Shown here in pieces: positions 37,887 to 38,867 of a DNA stretch of 38,867 nucleotides (positions are counted from its first letter, which is position 1; the number at the start of each line of letters is the position of its first letter). The position numbers and the translations under genes are program-made. This stretch comes from Deltaproteobacteria bacterium. Its GTDB lineage: Bacteria; Desulfobacterota; Desulfobacteria; Desulfobacterales; SURF-7. Location: assembly GCA_019307665.1 (NCBI GenBank), contig JAFDJC010000003.1, positions 1 through 38,867 on the forward strand. The letters run 5' to 3'. The notes under the pieces were generated by a model, which did no database searches, was not told where the DNA came from, and saw only the letters and a list, made by a program, of their open reading frames with translations.

Positions 37887-38867
37887 TATACTTGCTCCTT
37901 TTCAACCGGGAGTCCAACCTCGATCATTTTCTCCCTGAACTCATCTTCATACTCTTCATATGTATGTGTCTTAACCGGGTAGTTCCAGGGATTAACATGC
38001 CTGTTCATACGTGTATCCGTAGTCATATTTCTTGTAGGACTTAGGAAAATACCTCCCATATGCATGAGCTTGCTGAACGGAAAATAGATAAGAAGGGTGC
38101 TGACGAGAAACAGATGAACATAGAAAAGCCCTCCAATACCTTCGGTAACAACCGGTTTCAACGTGACAAGGCTCATGGCAAAGGCTTTTGCACCGACAAC
38201 ATCGATTTTAGTAAAATAGCGCATCAAAATTCCGGTAAAAGCGATTCCCATGATAAGAAAAAGCGGGAAAAAATCAGAGGCAAGGGATATATACTTTATC
38301 CTTGGACTTAATACTCTTCTCAGAAATAAAAAGGAAACCGCTCCCAGGAGGACAAGTCCCGACATAAAGAAACCCGGCAGTCCAACCTGTATCACACTGC
38401 TCATAAATTCTATCCTGAAAAAACTGTCAAGATATTCGAGCATCCGAATGCATACCGGCACCGGCTCAAAGAAAAACCTGAGATGCCTCACTATGACCAC
38501 GAGAAAGGAATAATGAAATGCCAGGGCAAAGACCCACAACCATATTTCCCAGCGATAGGAAATCTTTTTACCGCTGTCTGTGTTCTTGAATGACATCTGG
38601 GTATTCCTGAATAAAGAACGGAAGCAGAGAACTTCAAGAAGCATCCGTACCACAACACCGCCTTTTGTAAACGGATTGTCAATGCTGTTCGCTTTTATCC
38701 ATGGTAATGATTTCTGCTGACCACATGTTGTGGGTATCCTGAAAGGTACCGGTGAACGGGCCCAGCCCATTACACGGTAAATGAAGCCTGCAACAAATAC
38801 CAAGACCGCAAAATACGGAATAACAATCCCAAAAAGAGATTGCAGCCCCAGGACTTCAACACCCACA
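37886..38867 (-). CDS. dsrM: DsrM, NarI-like cytochrome b subunit (5' end probably outside the window)
   Basis: PVPFRIPTTCGQQKSL, FRSLFRNT, FHYSF...RHLR, YFPFSKLMHMGGIFLSPTRN; frame open to the window edge. Confidence 0.95.
   Translation of the reverse strand, partial: VGVEVLGLQSLFGIVIPYFAVLVFVAGFIYRVMGWARSPVPFRIPTTCGQQKSLPWIKANSIDNPFTKGGVVVRMLLEVLCFRSLFRNTQMSFKNTDSGKKISYRWEIWLWVFALAFHYSFLVVIVRHLRFFFEPVPVCIRMLEYLDSFFRIEFMSSVIQVGLPGFFMSGLVLLGAVSFLFLRRVLSPRIKYISLASDFFPLFLIMGIAFTGILMRYFTKIDVVGAKAFAMSLVTLKPVVTEGIGGLFYVHLFLVSTLLIYFPFSKLMHMGGIFLSPTRNMTTDTRMNRHVNPWNYPVKTHTYEEYEDEFREKMIEVGLPVEKEQV

Noticed and set aside
33914-38867. dsrMKJOP as a novelty
   Set aside because: Canonical order and motifs of a well-described complex.

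Overview
Chromosomal window from an anaerobic sulfate reducer, most likely Desulfobacterales-like (inferred from the reductive-type dsrMKJOP cluster at 33.9-38.9 kb). No rRNA, tRNA, CRISPR array or intact mobile element was seen. The left part (1-12.8 kb) is an accessory metabolic block of two convergent operons. On +: extended SDR, Cys-rich membrane protein, cytoplasmic penicillin-acylase-type amidase and a two-domain fatty acyl-CoA reductase. On -: GntR/FadR regulator with a visible sigma70 promoter and operator, an unassigned glycyl radical enzyme, its activase and a tandem PNPOx-like protein. This block is flanked by an omptin-like gene missing from the ORF track and an alpha/beta-hydrolase. 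The middle holds moeA, moeA-PBP, rtcB, an MFS/spermidine-synthase/TPR fusion, pgi, SEC-C-map, a SLOG protein, DUF2062, rhomboid and cyclophilin. The stretch 27-33.6 kb mixes an intact K+ channel-YbjN-PspA-DUF4178 operon with decay: an internally deleted helicase-exonuclease pseudogene, a broken toxin-antitoxin pair whose antitoxin is fused to a receiver domain, an orphan IS end, a REPIN-like element and a PLA2-like gene carrying a GGDEF tail. The best candidate for an undescribed system is the GntR-regulated glycyl radical enzyme/PNPOx-like operon and its lipid/amide-processing neighbours. All family calls come from motif recognition by eye; no searches were run.
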